Source of the DNA: Azolla caroliniana
Lineage: Eukaryota; Plantae; Polypodiophyta
Reading direction: 5' to 3'
DNA: 64,000 nucleotides
NCBI GenBank assembly: GCA_043228905.1
Contig: JBHGNT010000006.1
Location: 3,472,001-3,536,000 of the forward strand
Each line of letters opens with the position of its first letter. Position 1 is the stretch's first letter. Of this stretch, positions 1-12,991 are shown one piece after another. The translations under genes were made by a program, and so were the position numbers. The notes under the pieces were generated by a model. The model made no database searches and had not been told where the DNA came from. It saw nothing but the letters and a program-made list of their open reading frames with translations.

Positions 1-1656
1 CTTGCATGAGCTACCAATGTATGCATATTCCATGACCCTATGCATAGATACAGAGCTGTTTGTCCCAATGGTTTATATTAATCTCTTTCCAAACATTGGT
101 AAGAGTTCATTCATCTATATATCTATGGCCAACAGCAGGAAATGCATATCTACCTCAGTTTCAAAAGTGAATACCAATTGGATAAACAATGCCCATGATA
201 GTCAAATCTATAAACCAAAACTTATCCAAAATTACATTCTTAAGCAAATATCAACTTCACGCAATAAATACAATAGTTCTAGAGAAAACAATGAAACTAG
301 AGGGGTTACCTCACAGGTGGATTGGATTGGTATCGTCACAAAATTTCCCCAATGATCTATTCAAACAATATTTAGACAAGATGAGTTAAGCGTGGTAGCC
401 ATTGTTAACAATCAAATGATGCCATAACTATATTCACATACTAGAACCACTCAAGTGAGTTTAGAGCAAAACAACTTATGAAGTAGTGCTAAAAAAGAAA
501 AAAGAAGAAAAAAAAACCATGTATTGAGGTACAGTAAGGGAAACTGACTAAGAAAAATGTACAGTGGCTACATGCAATTCTTGCTATTTATAACAGTTTG
601 TCATAGCCAGCAAGTGTTCGCAGTTCCAAATACTGTTATGAATAAACACCTGAAGTACTGACATCTCGACACAACATTCATAAATTCAATTATTATCTCT
701 ATTTCAGCATCCTGTTAATACAAACATGGTCACAAACACTGGACCATAACTATTGTTGCTATATAATTAAGCATTATAGCTAAAAAACACTCCATCGTCA
801 AAAACCCGTTGCAATGGATGACATTGCATCTATTACATCTGTCATACTTGAAAATACATCTGTCACTCGAAAAATGCATAAATCTCACAATACCAATTGA
901 TTCTACATTATAAAGTACACCAAAATAATCGAGGTTTGTTTTTGTTGGGCATATGGATTCTAAACATAGTGATAAAATCTCCAAGAAAAACATTATGGCC
1001 CAAATAAATTTAAGAAAACTCTTAATGGACAGAACACTAACGATCTAAACCCCTCATTTAATTGCATAGCTAAACAGCCCATCCAAACCTTGACAAAAGC
1101 TATTGATACCTCAACCTGAATGTGCATCAAGAAATGTCATATAGCTGGTGTTGATGTGTTTCCTGAAGATGCAAGAATTCAATCAAGAACGAAGATCGTG
1201 GTTACTTTTCTACCGGATCATTCAAATAAATCCCAGCACACTTTAGTAGCCAAACACTTACCAATCGACATTTCTGCACAAATCACAAATTAACCCTAAA
1301 GAATCCCTGTGTTAGCCACGAATGTGTGCATATTTTAGGTTAATTTCCCATATCTGTAATATGGAGAGGGAGGCTGAAAAAACTATCAAGTCGAGCATAC
1401 ATTGCTCAGACAAACCGAAGTTCTAAAGCCATTTGAATAGTTACACAACTTGCCAAGTATGTAGAATAAGGGGTCAACAAGATATCACTCTCACAATCCT
1501 TCCTAGTGACAAGCGGAGAAAGGATGCGTTTATCTTCTACTCCCCTTGAATCCTCCTACAAGATAAAAGATGTTTAAGGGTGAAATCCACCATAATTTAA
1601 GACACAAAAACGCCAATGTGATCAATGACAGTAACACATGATAGATAACTCACCTG

Positions 1657-4600
1657 TTATACTTCGGTTATGGCTGTCTCTGAGCGGCATTTGGCATGCA
1701 CAATTGGGCCATGCGTCAAGGGATCCACGCCATCCATAATATCATCACCATCACCATTGCCACCATCATCACGAGAATCATTCATGTAGACAGCTCCCCT
1801 ATACATCCACTCCTCTGTCTCATCACTATAAAAATCTTCGAAAGGCTCACCACACAAGAAACAAGTGATCTGGTTCTCATCCGCAGGGACAGCCACCATG
1901 ACCTCATCATCAGGTTTCACCAACACTTCCTCACTAAAGAAAGCTGGTGCAGCCTCAGCTGCTGTTGCTGCCGCTGCCTCTGTGCCTGTGAGCCATTCCT
2001 CCTCGCTCATGAACCACCGCCTAGAGACCTTCCTTGATGATTTTTGCCGGTTCCTAGTCACATGCCAATCCATATGTCGACTATGCTCATCTTGCTGCTT
2101 AAATCTTAGTCCACATATTGTACACTGCCTTGGAAATGCTAGATACAAGCTCATAATCACAGGCTCATGCCTCTCTCTTAAGAGTTCTGGCCTGAACTCA
2201 AGAAAACTCGCAAGAGGACCATCTGATGAGGAAGCAAGCTCCTCGTGACCCCTTGATGGAGTGACAATTGATCCCGGAATGATCGTTGTGGTAGAAGCCA
2301 ACAAATTACCTGAGGCCACAGGATGTGAAATGAGTGGAGCAGGCGCCAGAGCTGGAGCTGGAGCTGGAGCCACAGCTGGAGTTGCAGTAATGATTCCCTG
2401 AGCCATGAGTGATGATAAGAGAGAGGTGTAGCTATTTCCCAATGCCGGCGGTGCTTGTACAGAGCTAGATGCTTGAGAAGCCATCGGAGGTGGCCCAGGA
2501 GGCAGAGGGGGGTTCATATTTCGGGAAGTATTTGATGCTTGTAATGAGATCAAGGAGGCTGTGAGCTGGCTTGATAGTAGAGGTGGAGGTCCACTCGGTA
2601 GCGGTGGCTGAGAAACAGTCGGAACAGAGAGGGGCAGGGACCCAAACCCACTTTGTGGAAAAGATTGTGAAATATTATTACTGCAACTCCCATTTTCAGG
2701 ACCAGTAAAACCCCCCTGCCGAACATCCAAGGGCTGAGACGTGGGTTGCTTTTGATAGAAGGTGACCTCTTGCGACAATGCATTTTCTTTCGAGTCTGAA
2801 CCTGAGCCTTGGGATAGTTCAGTTTGTGTCGGTGGTGGCAAAGATTTTTGGGTAGTCTGAGAACCCGCAAGCGATGGTAAACGATTGCATAACTGCTGGA
2901 GAGACTCTAATAAATGAGGCGGTAATTGTGGCACCACTTGTGAATAAGTTTTTGCATCTGATATCGATCTGCCTGCTATCTCCTGCTGTGATTGCACCTC
3001 TCCATGAAGAATACTCTGAAGGGGAGATTCGTGAACATTCACTGGCTCATGGATAGGTAATGGTGGATTCTGAACTTCTTGAGTACGTAGCGATGCTGCC
3101 AGGGATGCCAAATTCGACGCAAGAAATGAAGGGATCAAAGATGAGGACGAGCCATGTGTTTGTTGATGTGGACTCAGTGGGGGTGAAAGAGGTCCAGCTG
3201 GAGCTGGAAGCCTTTGCATTCCTGATACAGATGTAAGCGTTGAGGGAGACCCCATATTAAGAATCTTATTTGGCATGGCAGAAGAGGGAACCTTTTGGGA
3301 CAAATTAGATGGAGGTGTTACAGATTGGCTTTTAGCTATTGACTGCACTGCCCCGGCAAGCGAAGCGACCATTGAAGCTAATGTAGATGGTACGGTGGAT
3401 TGACTTGCTTTTTGAAAGGATTCTGAATTGAGGCCATGTAATGGAACAAAAGATGGAGGGGAGTTTCCCAATAAAGAGTTGCCTGAATGATCTAACATTA
3501 ACTGATCTAAACCACCCAAAGTTTTATCTTCAGTAAACACATTCGGTAATACCTTCCGATATCCACTTCTTGTATATCGCTCATCTTTATCTATATTTGC
3601 ACTCTCGGCATTCCTTGGGTTCACATTTAACAGCCACGTTGCATTGCCTACCTTTTCTGAGCCCACCATACTCCTATTATCCAACTCTTCAACAGAAGTT
3701 CCAGGGGGTATCCTTGTAGCTCGAACACCCCTAACATTGCCATAGGCATCAAGAAGAGGTTCTGTAACCTGAGGAGAAACCTGATCAAAACCAGTTCTAA
3801 ACCCATACTTATTATTTCCATGACCGCCTTCAGTTGACCTCAGCATCTCTCCTCTTTGGAAATCCACATCCCAATGCTTCGTGGCAGTGTCCTCACCACT
3901 TCCTCCCTCCACTTTCTTTCCTTGATCAAAGTCAACACTTTCTAGACCTTGGCTCACTTGCTGCATTTTCTCCTTCCTTACTTCTAGATATTTTGGATTC
4001 ACGTGAATACTATGACCAGACTGTTGGGCTGAAGAATCATCAGCCCTTTTGAGGTTTGTTTGAATGGAAGCACTTGAAGCAGCCGGATTCCCAATGATAC
4101 TAAAATGGAGATCCGACTCAATCGCTTCGAGTAGTTCCTTGCTGAATACGCTTCTCCATGTCTTGAAAAGATGCTGCATAGACGGGTGCAAGGCTGGATC
4201 TACCTGCCTGTAAGACTTTACAAAGACCTGAAAAATGGTTCAATTGATTCATTAGGATGTATTATGAAAAATATTGGACAATTATAGACGAGAGTTTTAC
4301 GTATATACAGCTCTCAAGTGCCCAATAGATACATAGACAGAAAAGTATGAGCATAACGAATGAAACAAAATTAAAATGACTGCACAATTGTTAACTGTTT
4401 GCTTAATTACTATAATAATACCACCCTCGAAACAACAAACAGTAGACAGATATAATGTCAATGTATATTACTACTTTAATTGCGAATAATTGATGATATA
4501 ACTCACTATGACCTAAAAATGCCTTTCTGCATGGTTCTACGGAAAACATTTTATTAAGATATTCATGGGTTTAAGTTTAATGTAGAAAATACACATTTTC

Positions 4601-7600
4601 TTGTTCAGTAACATGTTACATGGCAGTTTTATAAATAACCTTTCACTACATCCATTTTGCCATACAAAATAGTAGTGACGATATGAACCAGTCAAATTAT
4701 TACAGTACACTGTTCGCTTATATCTGACACATTCCACTGCAAGGCTTCATAATCTCTCAAGACACAACAGAACTTCGACTACAACTTGATGCAATTAACA
4801 TAAATGGATTGGATCTCCAATTCATTCACAACATCAATTATGAGCTCGTCTGTAGTAAATAGTCTCTTTTTTGTTACCCTGATTTTCTCGCATTTCCATT
4901 AACAATACAAATCAGAAACTCATCTATTTGTTAGCCATCTCATTTTGGGCTATCATAAACCCCATTAGTGCTTACTCAAAGATTTGGAGAAAACTAGAAT
5001 ACAAATATCACAAAATTTGACAAGTTACTTTTTTATACATAAAACAATGAAATTCCCTATACTGTATATAAACAATGAGCCAGATTATGTTATCGTTGTG
5101 GAGTTTCCCTATGATGTACTTTCATCTCATTTCATTTTACCTAATCCAGAAAGTTCAGGGAATAGTGAATCAGAATAATAATGAAAACACATGGACAGGA
5201 ACAATGGATTTTAATATCTTACAGAAGATAAAACAATAGTAATATGCAATTCTACATTTAAAAATCTAAAAACAATGTATGTATCCTCCGTAATGTGTGC
5301 AATAGAACAGTGTACCAATTATTTCTCATGTCCGTATATGATGGTGATTTTAAACTTTTCATGCTACCACCTGGAGATGAAAAACTGAACCCATCCTGAA
5401 AAAATATCGTGTAACCTCACATAATTGCACATAGATTGTAATATATATTAAATGCATGAACACGCATATATCACTCATCAGTATGAAACTCTCAATGTAT
5501 ATTTCTTCGTTTTTTAGAACCACATTCCTGTATATAAAAATACAGCTTAATGCTCCTGGTTAGAACCAGGATTCCGTAAATATACGACGACACTTGGAAA
5601 CACAGATATAAGTTTCACCACCCAAGAAAAAGTGAGATTAAACGTAGTCAAATATTCATAAAGAATCATATACAAGTATTCTTATATTCACAAGTAATCT
5701 CATCAGACTTTAAAGGAGGTCAATATCTACATGGTACCATATTCAGAAAGCTTGTCCACATACCAGTAGGGGTGGTGAAACATGGCAAAGAAGTGTCATG
5801 AATGGACAACATTAACTTGACCTTTATTTCAGAAAGGAATGCCCTTTCCCACCTATAAATATCATATATAAAAGAATTTTCGTAGCTCATATGATTCCAA
5901 GTTTCAAGTATACTTCTGCATAAACATACTGGCATAGGCATAAGAGGTATTTCAATTGCCAAAAAGTACCTCCAAGTACAATAACTGAGTTGTTGCAGCT
6001 GTTAAACATAACTTCTGAGTTGGATAAATAATTAAACGAGAATTTCTCAAGCTAGAATACAGACTCAGATATCACTGGTGTTGAAAGCATCTTTCCATTA
6101 TTAAATACAGAATCATACTTAGAAACAGCAACATTAAGGCTATCTCAAAAGATAATGTGTAAAACATTTGTGCTAGATTTATGTGGTACCATGTCCTTTG
6201 ATCTACACCATGCAATAATCAACTTTGGAAATGCAGTGTGCTGTATACTGATGCTCGAGTAGAGTACCCAGACATTCTTCACTACATTCCAAATTAGAGA
6301 CAGCTTTCATATGCTACCACTGAATCCACCATGAGATCGCACAAATCCAAATGGCTTCAGGAACCCTATTCTTAATAATATAATTGCCATCGTTCTGGTT
6401 CGAGGAGCCTTTTTTTAACTTTAGGTGCAATATTCAAAAAATTAAGACCACCAATGAGATCTCACTAGACCAAATGGTTTCACGAAACCTATTCTTAATA
6501 TTATGATTACCATCACTCTGATTAGAAGAGCCTTTTTAAACTTCCATTGTAATATTCAAAAAATAAGACTGCCAGGATACATTTATACATATGTTGCATA
6601 AAACTTTCAATCTCATCATAAGACAAGGTCCTTAAACTTTCAAGTTCAATTGCTGTAAAAAATAAAATTGAGATACTAACCTCTCGCAGCCTTGATGAGA
6701 AATACTTGACATATTCATTCCCAATGTTTTTTACAATACTATCAAGTAAATAAAGAGATGGCAACTTTTGCTCTACTGGTACCTTCAAAACAAAGTAAAA
6801 TATATCATGTTGATGCCTGGAAATCAGAAGAATGAACTGAAAGGACCACACAGATTATCATAATCGCTTAATGTGAAGAACCAGTTAACTCAGATCAAAG
6901 ATATTAACCAAAGAAGAAAATCAATCAATTTTTCTTGTTCAAAAAAATAGCAAGCCAAAACAAACCAGAGGGAGATGGGAGCAATATAAAAAATAAGAAA
7001 TATACATATATGAGGAGATTTCTCGTCTATTACACACCTCAAGAATATGGGCACAGACAGTGGATGCAACAACTTTCGAAGCATGCAAATTCTCTCCTGC
7101 AATTATCGTGAGATTAGTGATGATAGGCTTAGAGTTGAAAGTGAGCTCCGCCAAAGCCATCTTATATTGAGCAACGAGCTCTTGCATCGCAATATCATCA
7201 CCCTTTTCAGCATGAGGATCAACGATTCCTCTCGATCCATCCATATCACTATCTTCATCTTCATATTCAAGTTCAGTTATCCTGCCCTTGTCAGAGTTAG
7301 GAATCCACCCTGATAAAAGCCTCGATCCTAGTCTATCATCACCAGGTTCCGGTGGCAGGTTAGAATGTAATCTCTTCTCGGGTCGCCTCTCCATCTCTAC
7401 TATAGGATTCTCTATCCTCCTCTGACTTCCCGGTGCTAATGACTGGCCCTCTATAGTGGATGTATTGGCCTCCACTCCAACAGCGTTCGGCATCCTTCTT
7501 TCAGATGACCTGGTTGTGCTACCCGATCTTCTCTCTAAAAGCTCGGAATTCTCTGCCCTTTTCTCCATGCCAATCATAGCATCAGCTTTCCTCTCCATAA

Positions 7601-8675
7601 TAGGAAGAGGGCTATCTAGAGCACCTCCTCCCATCCTTGCCGAACCATCCAAGCTCCTTTCTATGGTCAGAATGCTCCTGCTCTCTCTACTTTTCGGCCT
7701 TCTATCGCTCAACCTCGGGTCTTCCACCCCATCACCAGAGGCGTCAGAACCATGTGCCCGCCTTTCTGAACCACCTTTTAGCCTCCTATCATGACCAGCA
7801 CTTTCAAGGCTGCCTCGATAAGGCTGCGGGTTTTCGAGTCCTAACGGACCCCCAATCTCAACATTGTACTCATCATCATAGCCACCGAATATATTGTGGT
7901 TTGCCCCTTCCATGTGAAGCATACTAGAAGGTGGTGGACCTCCTCGAAAGCCATTGCCCATACCACCAGGACCATTGTTCATGTTAAGTAGATGATGGTC
8001 ATCAGCCATGTGAGGATGGGGCAGATGCATGCTGCCGATGGGGCCACCCATGTCAAGAAGCATGGGGCCAGTCATACGGCGGCGATGGGGTTCACTAAAA
8101 GGCAGATGGGCGGGGTCCATCCGGCTATTATTGTTACTACCACTTCGATGATGCTGGTGTTGATGAATCTGATGGTCGATGGGGTATGTGGAACCCATGG
8201 CCATGAGGGGGTCACGATCAAAGACGGCTCTGCCATTGGGTCCCATCATACGGGGACGAGGACCACCACCCCCCATCATGATGCGCTCATGCTCCATCAT
8301 CATCATACGGTGATGGGTATTAGTGCGGTCCACGGTGGAATCAGGACGGGGGGCACGGCCGCGCTTTAGGGAAGAGGAAGAAGAGGAAGTTGAAGAAGAG
8401 GAGGGCAGTGCATCAGTGTGTCGGGGCAGGGCACTGCGGTGATTGTGTTGTTGTTGTTGTTGTTGTTGTTGTTGATGATGATGATGAAGATGGTTGTTGT
8501 GATGGTGGCTTTGGTTGTCTGCAGGGGAAGGATCCGAGTGGAAGCTGTTTGAATTTGCGGTATTAGGTCCTCCCATGGGGAGAGGGGCGTAAGGGGGGAA
8601 ACCCTCTCTGCCGACACTTGGGAGGGGCAAGATGGGGGCGTTTCGTGAGTTGAGTCGAGCTGAGCCACTGGACAT
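1657..8675 (-). CDS. PCFS4: Polyadenylation and cleavage factor PCF11/PCFS4 homolog (~1436 aa, 3 coding exons)
   Basis: Exons 8675-7038, 6782-6681 and 4227-1657, all GT-AG and in frame. The CID domain spans the junctions ([31 protein letters not shown]...ILE|[21 protein letters not shown]...RE|[24 protein letters not shown]). The C-terminus has two Pcf11 zinc fingers ([21 protein letters not shown]; [26 protein letters not shown]...HAKC) flanking the SRRWF..EEEW Clp1-binding-like segment. First in-frame ATG is at 8675. Confidence 0.93.
6328..6560. repeat. Diverged ~124-bp tandem duplication in PCF11 intron 2
   Basis: atgagatc.cac.a..ccaaatgg.ttca.gaa.cctattcttaata..at.att.ccatc..tctg.tt.ga.gagcctttttt occurs at ~6331 and ~6455. 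Confidence 0.8.
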
Positions 8676-8794
8676 GTCTTTCTGTCTCGCCCTGGGTGAG
8701 AAGAGTGTACGAGCCTCTGTCTGTCTGTCTGTCTGTCTATGTCGGTGTCTGTGTCTATTAAGGCCTCTTTCTGATTTGTGTGTCTTCTTCACAG

Positions 8795-8957
8795 AGAAGA
8801 AGAAGAAGAAGAAGAAGAAGAAGAAGAAGAAACAGAGCAGGGTAAGGAGAGGGGGGGGGGGGTTACCCTGCCTTTTCTTCCTCCTCCTTCATATATATTT
8901 ATATACAAATTACATATATTTACAAATTACACATATTATTAATCTTTCTTTACAACA

Positions 8958-8992
<35 letters not shown>

Positions 8993-9087
8993 TCTCTCTC
9001 ATGATATGGTCGATAGTTCTCTCACACATACCCCTCTCTATCTCTCCCTATTCTCTCTCATGATATTGTCGATAGATCTCTCACACA

Positions 9088-9138
<51 letters not shown>

Positions 9139-9160
9139 TCTCTCTCATGATATTGTCAAT
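8795..9160. repeat. Microsatellite-rich PCF11 leader/promoter: (GAA)n, (CA)n and (CT)n with three copies of ctattctctctcatgatat.gtc.ata
   Basis: (GAA) run at 8795-8831; CT tracts and repeated blocks at ~8988, ~9047 and ~9135. Confidence 0.85.
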
Positions 9161-12100
9161 ACATACATAGTTTTAAAATGTCACATAACACACACACCCA
9201 ACAAATTTTTGGGGGAAATCTAGACTTCTGATGAGTTATGAACTTGTGTGTGTGTATGTGTGTTGGGGGGGGAGAGGGGGGTGGGTGTCTGTCTATCCCG
9301 AGTCTTGCTTGCCCATTGGGGGTACATATATGTCTACCTTGGATCCTTCATGCCCATTGTATTTGGTATTACTTCATATTTGGTCCGGTACATCCTCTTC
9401 CAATCCCCCGCTTTCATCATCGTTCAAACACCCTTACTAGTTACTTCTAAGTGCTATTGGATGCCTTATGTTTTGGGGCATTTCAAAACCCTGGTATATT
9501 ATTATGTTGCAGTTAATCTTCCTCTTGCTCACCTTTTGTTTGTTTGTTTATTGAACCTTTACCTTAAAGGCCATGTAGAAGCTACAAGTGCATTGTAATT
9601 TCATCGGCTAAAATGCTGGAGTCTACAATCATTTGAAGAAGGCCTCAACACAAAGGTATTTTGATTGGTTTGAATAAATGATATTTCGTTACCCGGATCC
9701 TATGTGTCGTGCTCTCTTTTTAAATTAACTTTGTTGCATCAACCCCCTCTTCTTGGTTCATCCATTTTCAGCCATGACCATGCTAGAGCCTAACTGTTTA
9801 TTTAAGCAAAACATAATAAATTACACACCAAAGAAATGAAAGAGGAATGCCAGATCACCTCAAACGACATGAGACAAACCGAACCTCCTTGATGTCCTAT
9901 ACCATCAAGTCTTGATGTGAGTCGTAGTACCTCAGGTTATGTGAGGATTGCATATGCGTAGGAAACAAGCGCCATAGCCATACTGACATAATCTCAACAT
10001 AAGTAAAGTCTGCTTTCATAAGAAGGTAGCTAGCATTCTTATTTAGATGGAAACCCTAGCCCATGGTGTGTTCAAATGCTTGACTACTTTATGTGAAGTG
10101 GTCAAACCATAACATACTTAAGAGTTATCTCACATTGTGAAATTTTGATTCAATTATAATTCATTCGCTCGTTCCTTTCAGAATTAACTCACACATTCAT
10201 CATAAAATCAAGGGAAACTAGGGAGTATCCTCAACAAGATAGGACCATGTTTAAATGGTCAAGAAGAATGTCATGAAAAAAATTATGGATTTATACATGT
10301 AGATAAAGCCTAATGTCTATTAAATCCATATAGGGTGTAATGAAATGATGAAATTGCAAATGTAAAAGAACAAGAGGAGAAGGCATATATGTTGGAGGTC
10401 AATAACACCAAGATAAATGATGTGATGGAGAGGAGGCCTACTATCCAATTTTGGTCTTCCATAGATCCTACGCTATGTCTATATGTCTCTAAAGTAGTAA
10501 ACACAATGACCATTTATTTGAACGTTTGGGTTATCATTTTTGAACTATGATTGTTTAGCGTATGATGTATCATTCAGAAAAGGGATTATATATGATATGT
10601 TCAACATACAAACTAGTTGATTCTCCTAACTTTTGACGATGTCTTCCATACTTTGTATAGGCGTTATTGTTATGCCCACGTGCAATACCTGTTCACCTAG
10701 ATGAATAAATTTAAAATTAAGGGATTGTTGATGGTAAGTTGGTAACCACTTGTTCGTAACAAGACAAGTTATATATTCTAGAATCAAATGCAAATGATGG
10801 CTCAAAATTTTTCTATGTCGAACAGTGCATTGAGCTTGTTACTTAGTACTTGAACTCCAAAAGGAGTTTGATTTAACCCAAGGTAGAGATACCAAGTTTA
10901 CTCTCGTGTTGTTGTATCTAGTCCGTAGCCTTGTATTATCTTAGTGTTGCAACACACAAAAAGTACCACTTTATCATCTTGTTTATGCATATGATTGTTA
11001 GAATATAAAAAGATAGTACATGTCCAATAGGTATTTGTTGGTTTCAAAACTCCCTCATATGATGTATAAGCAAAATGCATTTATATTGTGATTTAGCATG
11101 GAATGCCTTGTTGATATGCAAACAAATCGTAATCAAGTGTTAAACAAAGGTCACTTATAAATTCTAAAGTGGATTGCTACTTAGGTTGAGAGCCCCACAT
11201 GCTTCAACTTTGAGCAAACTAGTTTTTGTCATTGATGTGGAGCCTAGATGATGCTGGGATCTTCTATCACAAATGAGAACAATTCATATAGAGCACATAT
11301 CCATCCGTCCTTCATTTTATTCTCTTAATTTGTTAAGGTAACATCTGCAACCCATTGGTCGTGAGCTTTGCCACATAAATAATTTCATGTGGTTGTGAGA
11401 TACCATCAACACATACCTATAACTTCTTATACCCCATTCATTTTCTTCACCTTTAAATCATTTTTTATTTTTTATATAACTACTCATATAGAAAATTCCA
11501 AGGCATCGAGTTCGTTATGCCCATTGGAACTTCATTGAAAATTTCAAGTGTTTCAAAACTGAATTAATGAAAAACTCATATTCCTAACACTTACGGCAAT
11601 AAATGGCTAACTAGTTCACTTTGGACAATTCATAAATACAATTTGTTCTCCCACTTCTTATGTCACTTTCATTAATTTAAGAGAACTTTCTTCCTATTTT
11701 TGCATCATTCCTTGAAGATAGATATCCCTAGCTTGCGTAGCAAACATTAGGAGCACTCCATCTTTACCAAAGTGCATCTAATTATAATTCCTTTGTTGAT
11801 GCTTAAGGTTTTGAAAATGAAGACATTTATTTACCTTCTATTGACCTATGAATCGGCTAGTGCTCTAGGCTTGGTATTGTTTGACTTGATTGGACTTCCT
11901 TATCGTTCTCCAACTTAAAAACAATGTCAATCAAAGATGATAAGAGTCAAGTGGGGGCATCCTAAAGATTAATCAAACGAATGGACCATTTTGTAATGCA
12001 CACAAAACATCTACAAACAAGGGCCTTAACAACAAAGAAATGGTTCAAGTTTGACACACAAATAAATGTCATCTAAACTTCAATCATAAACTTTACACAC

Positions 12101-12991
12101 AAAATTTGGCTACAAATAAACAACACAATTTTTGCACATATGGCCATATCATATTAGGAGCAAAATTTTATGGGTTGTTATTGAATAAAATATTGTTAGA
12201 ACACTTCCAACAATAGATGCATATCTTTAAATTGACCATTTGCACCAATATTATACTTTACTAAATTATGTGTAACATTACAAACGTAATTAGACTTCAA
12301 AGTCAACACATAGAAGGTTAAAACAAAAAATAATTAGAAAACTATCATTGCCAAATTAATTATTAATTGCCAACCAATTGGAAAGGGCAAATGTGTCATT
12401 GTCAAATTAGGGCACAAATTAGAAAGTGAATATGTACCAAAAGGTTATTCAAGCTTAATTTTCTAAGTTTTGTGTTTAAGAGACACATTATTGACCAAGC
12501 ATATTGCTCAAAATACAGATACACAAGCAGATTTAGGCGGTTTCCTATAGGATTTGCTTTTGCATCCCTTTAGATAAAGAGTTAGAGACTCATGACATAC
12601 AAACTTGTCAATGAATTTTAAAAATGTGCAAACATAATTGCTCAGAATACCAACATATATAAGGATATTTAGGTGGTTCTCAATTGTGCATCCATTTTGG
12701 AGAGAGATTCAAAGGCCCATGGAATACAAACGACATTGTAGATGAATTTTATCATATTCATTTTCAATCTTGGAGTTTTTGACATCTTTTTGATGTCAAT
12801 TGTAAGTTCTTGTATTGATTCCTAGATATATTTTATAAATGTGGAAAAGGACTCCAACAATGTTTTCTAGATTGATCGATGAGCCAATTTGGCCTCTAAA
12901 TAGAAAATATGTACATGCATGTGAAGCTAATCCATTTCAAGTTTTCAGATGCCATATTTACAGTTTTATACCATCAATATGTAGGTAGCAG

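Noticed and set aside
8676-8792. N-terminal extensions in the ORF track for PCF11 (also NDUFA5 45898 and AT74-like 33475)
   Set aside because: These start at non-ATG codons and run through microsatellite-rich leaders.
9600-12900. Short ORFs in AT-rich intergenic DNA (also 27300-29200, 34200-36300, 42200-45500, 50200-52400)
   Set aside because: No recognisable domains or exon chains. They are probably old TE debris and cannot be classified by eye.
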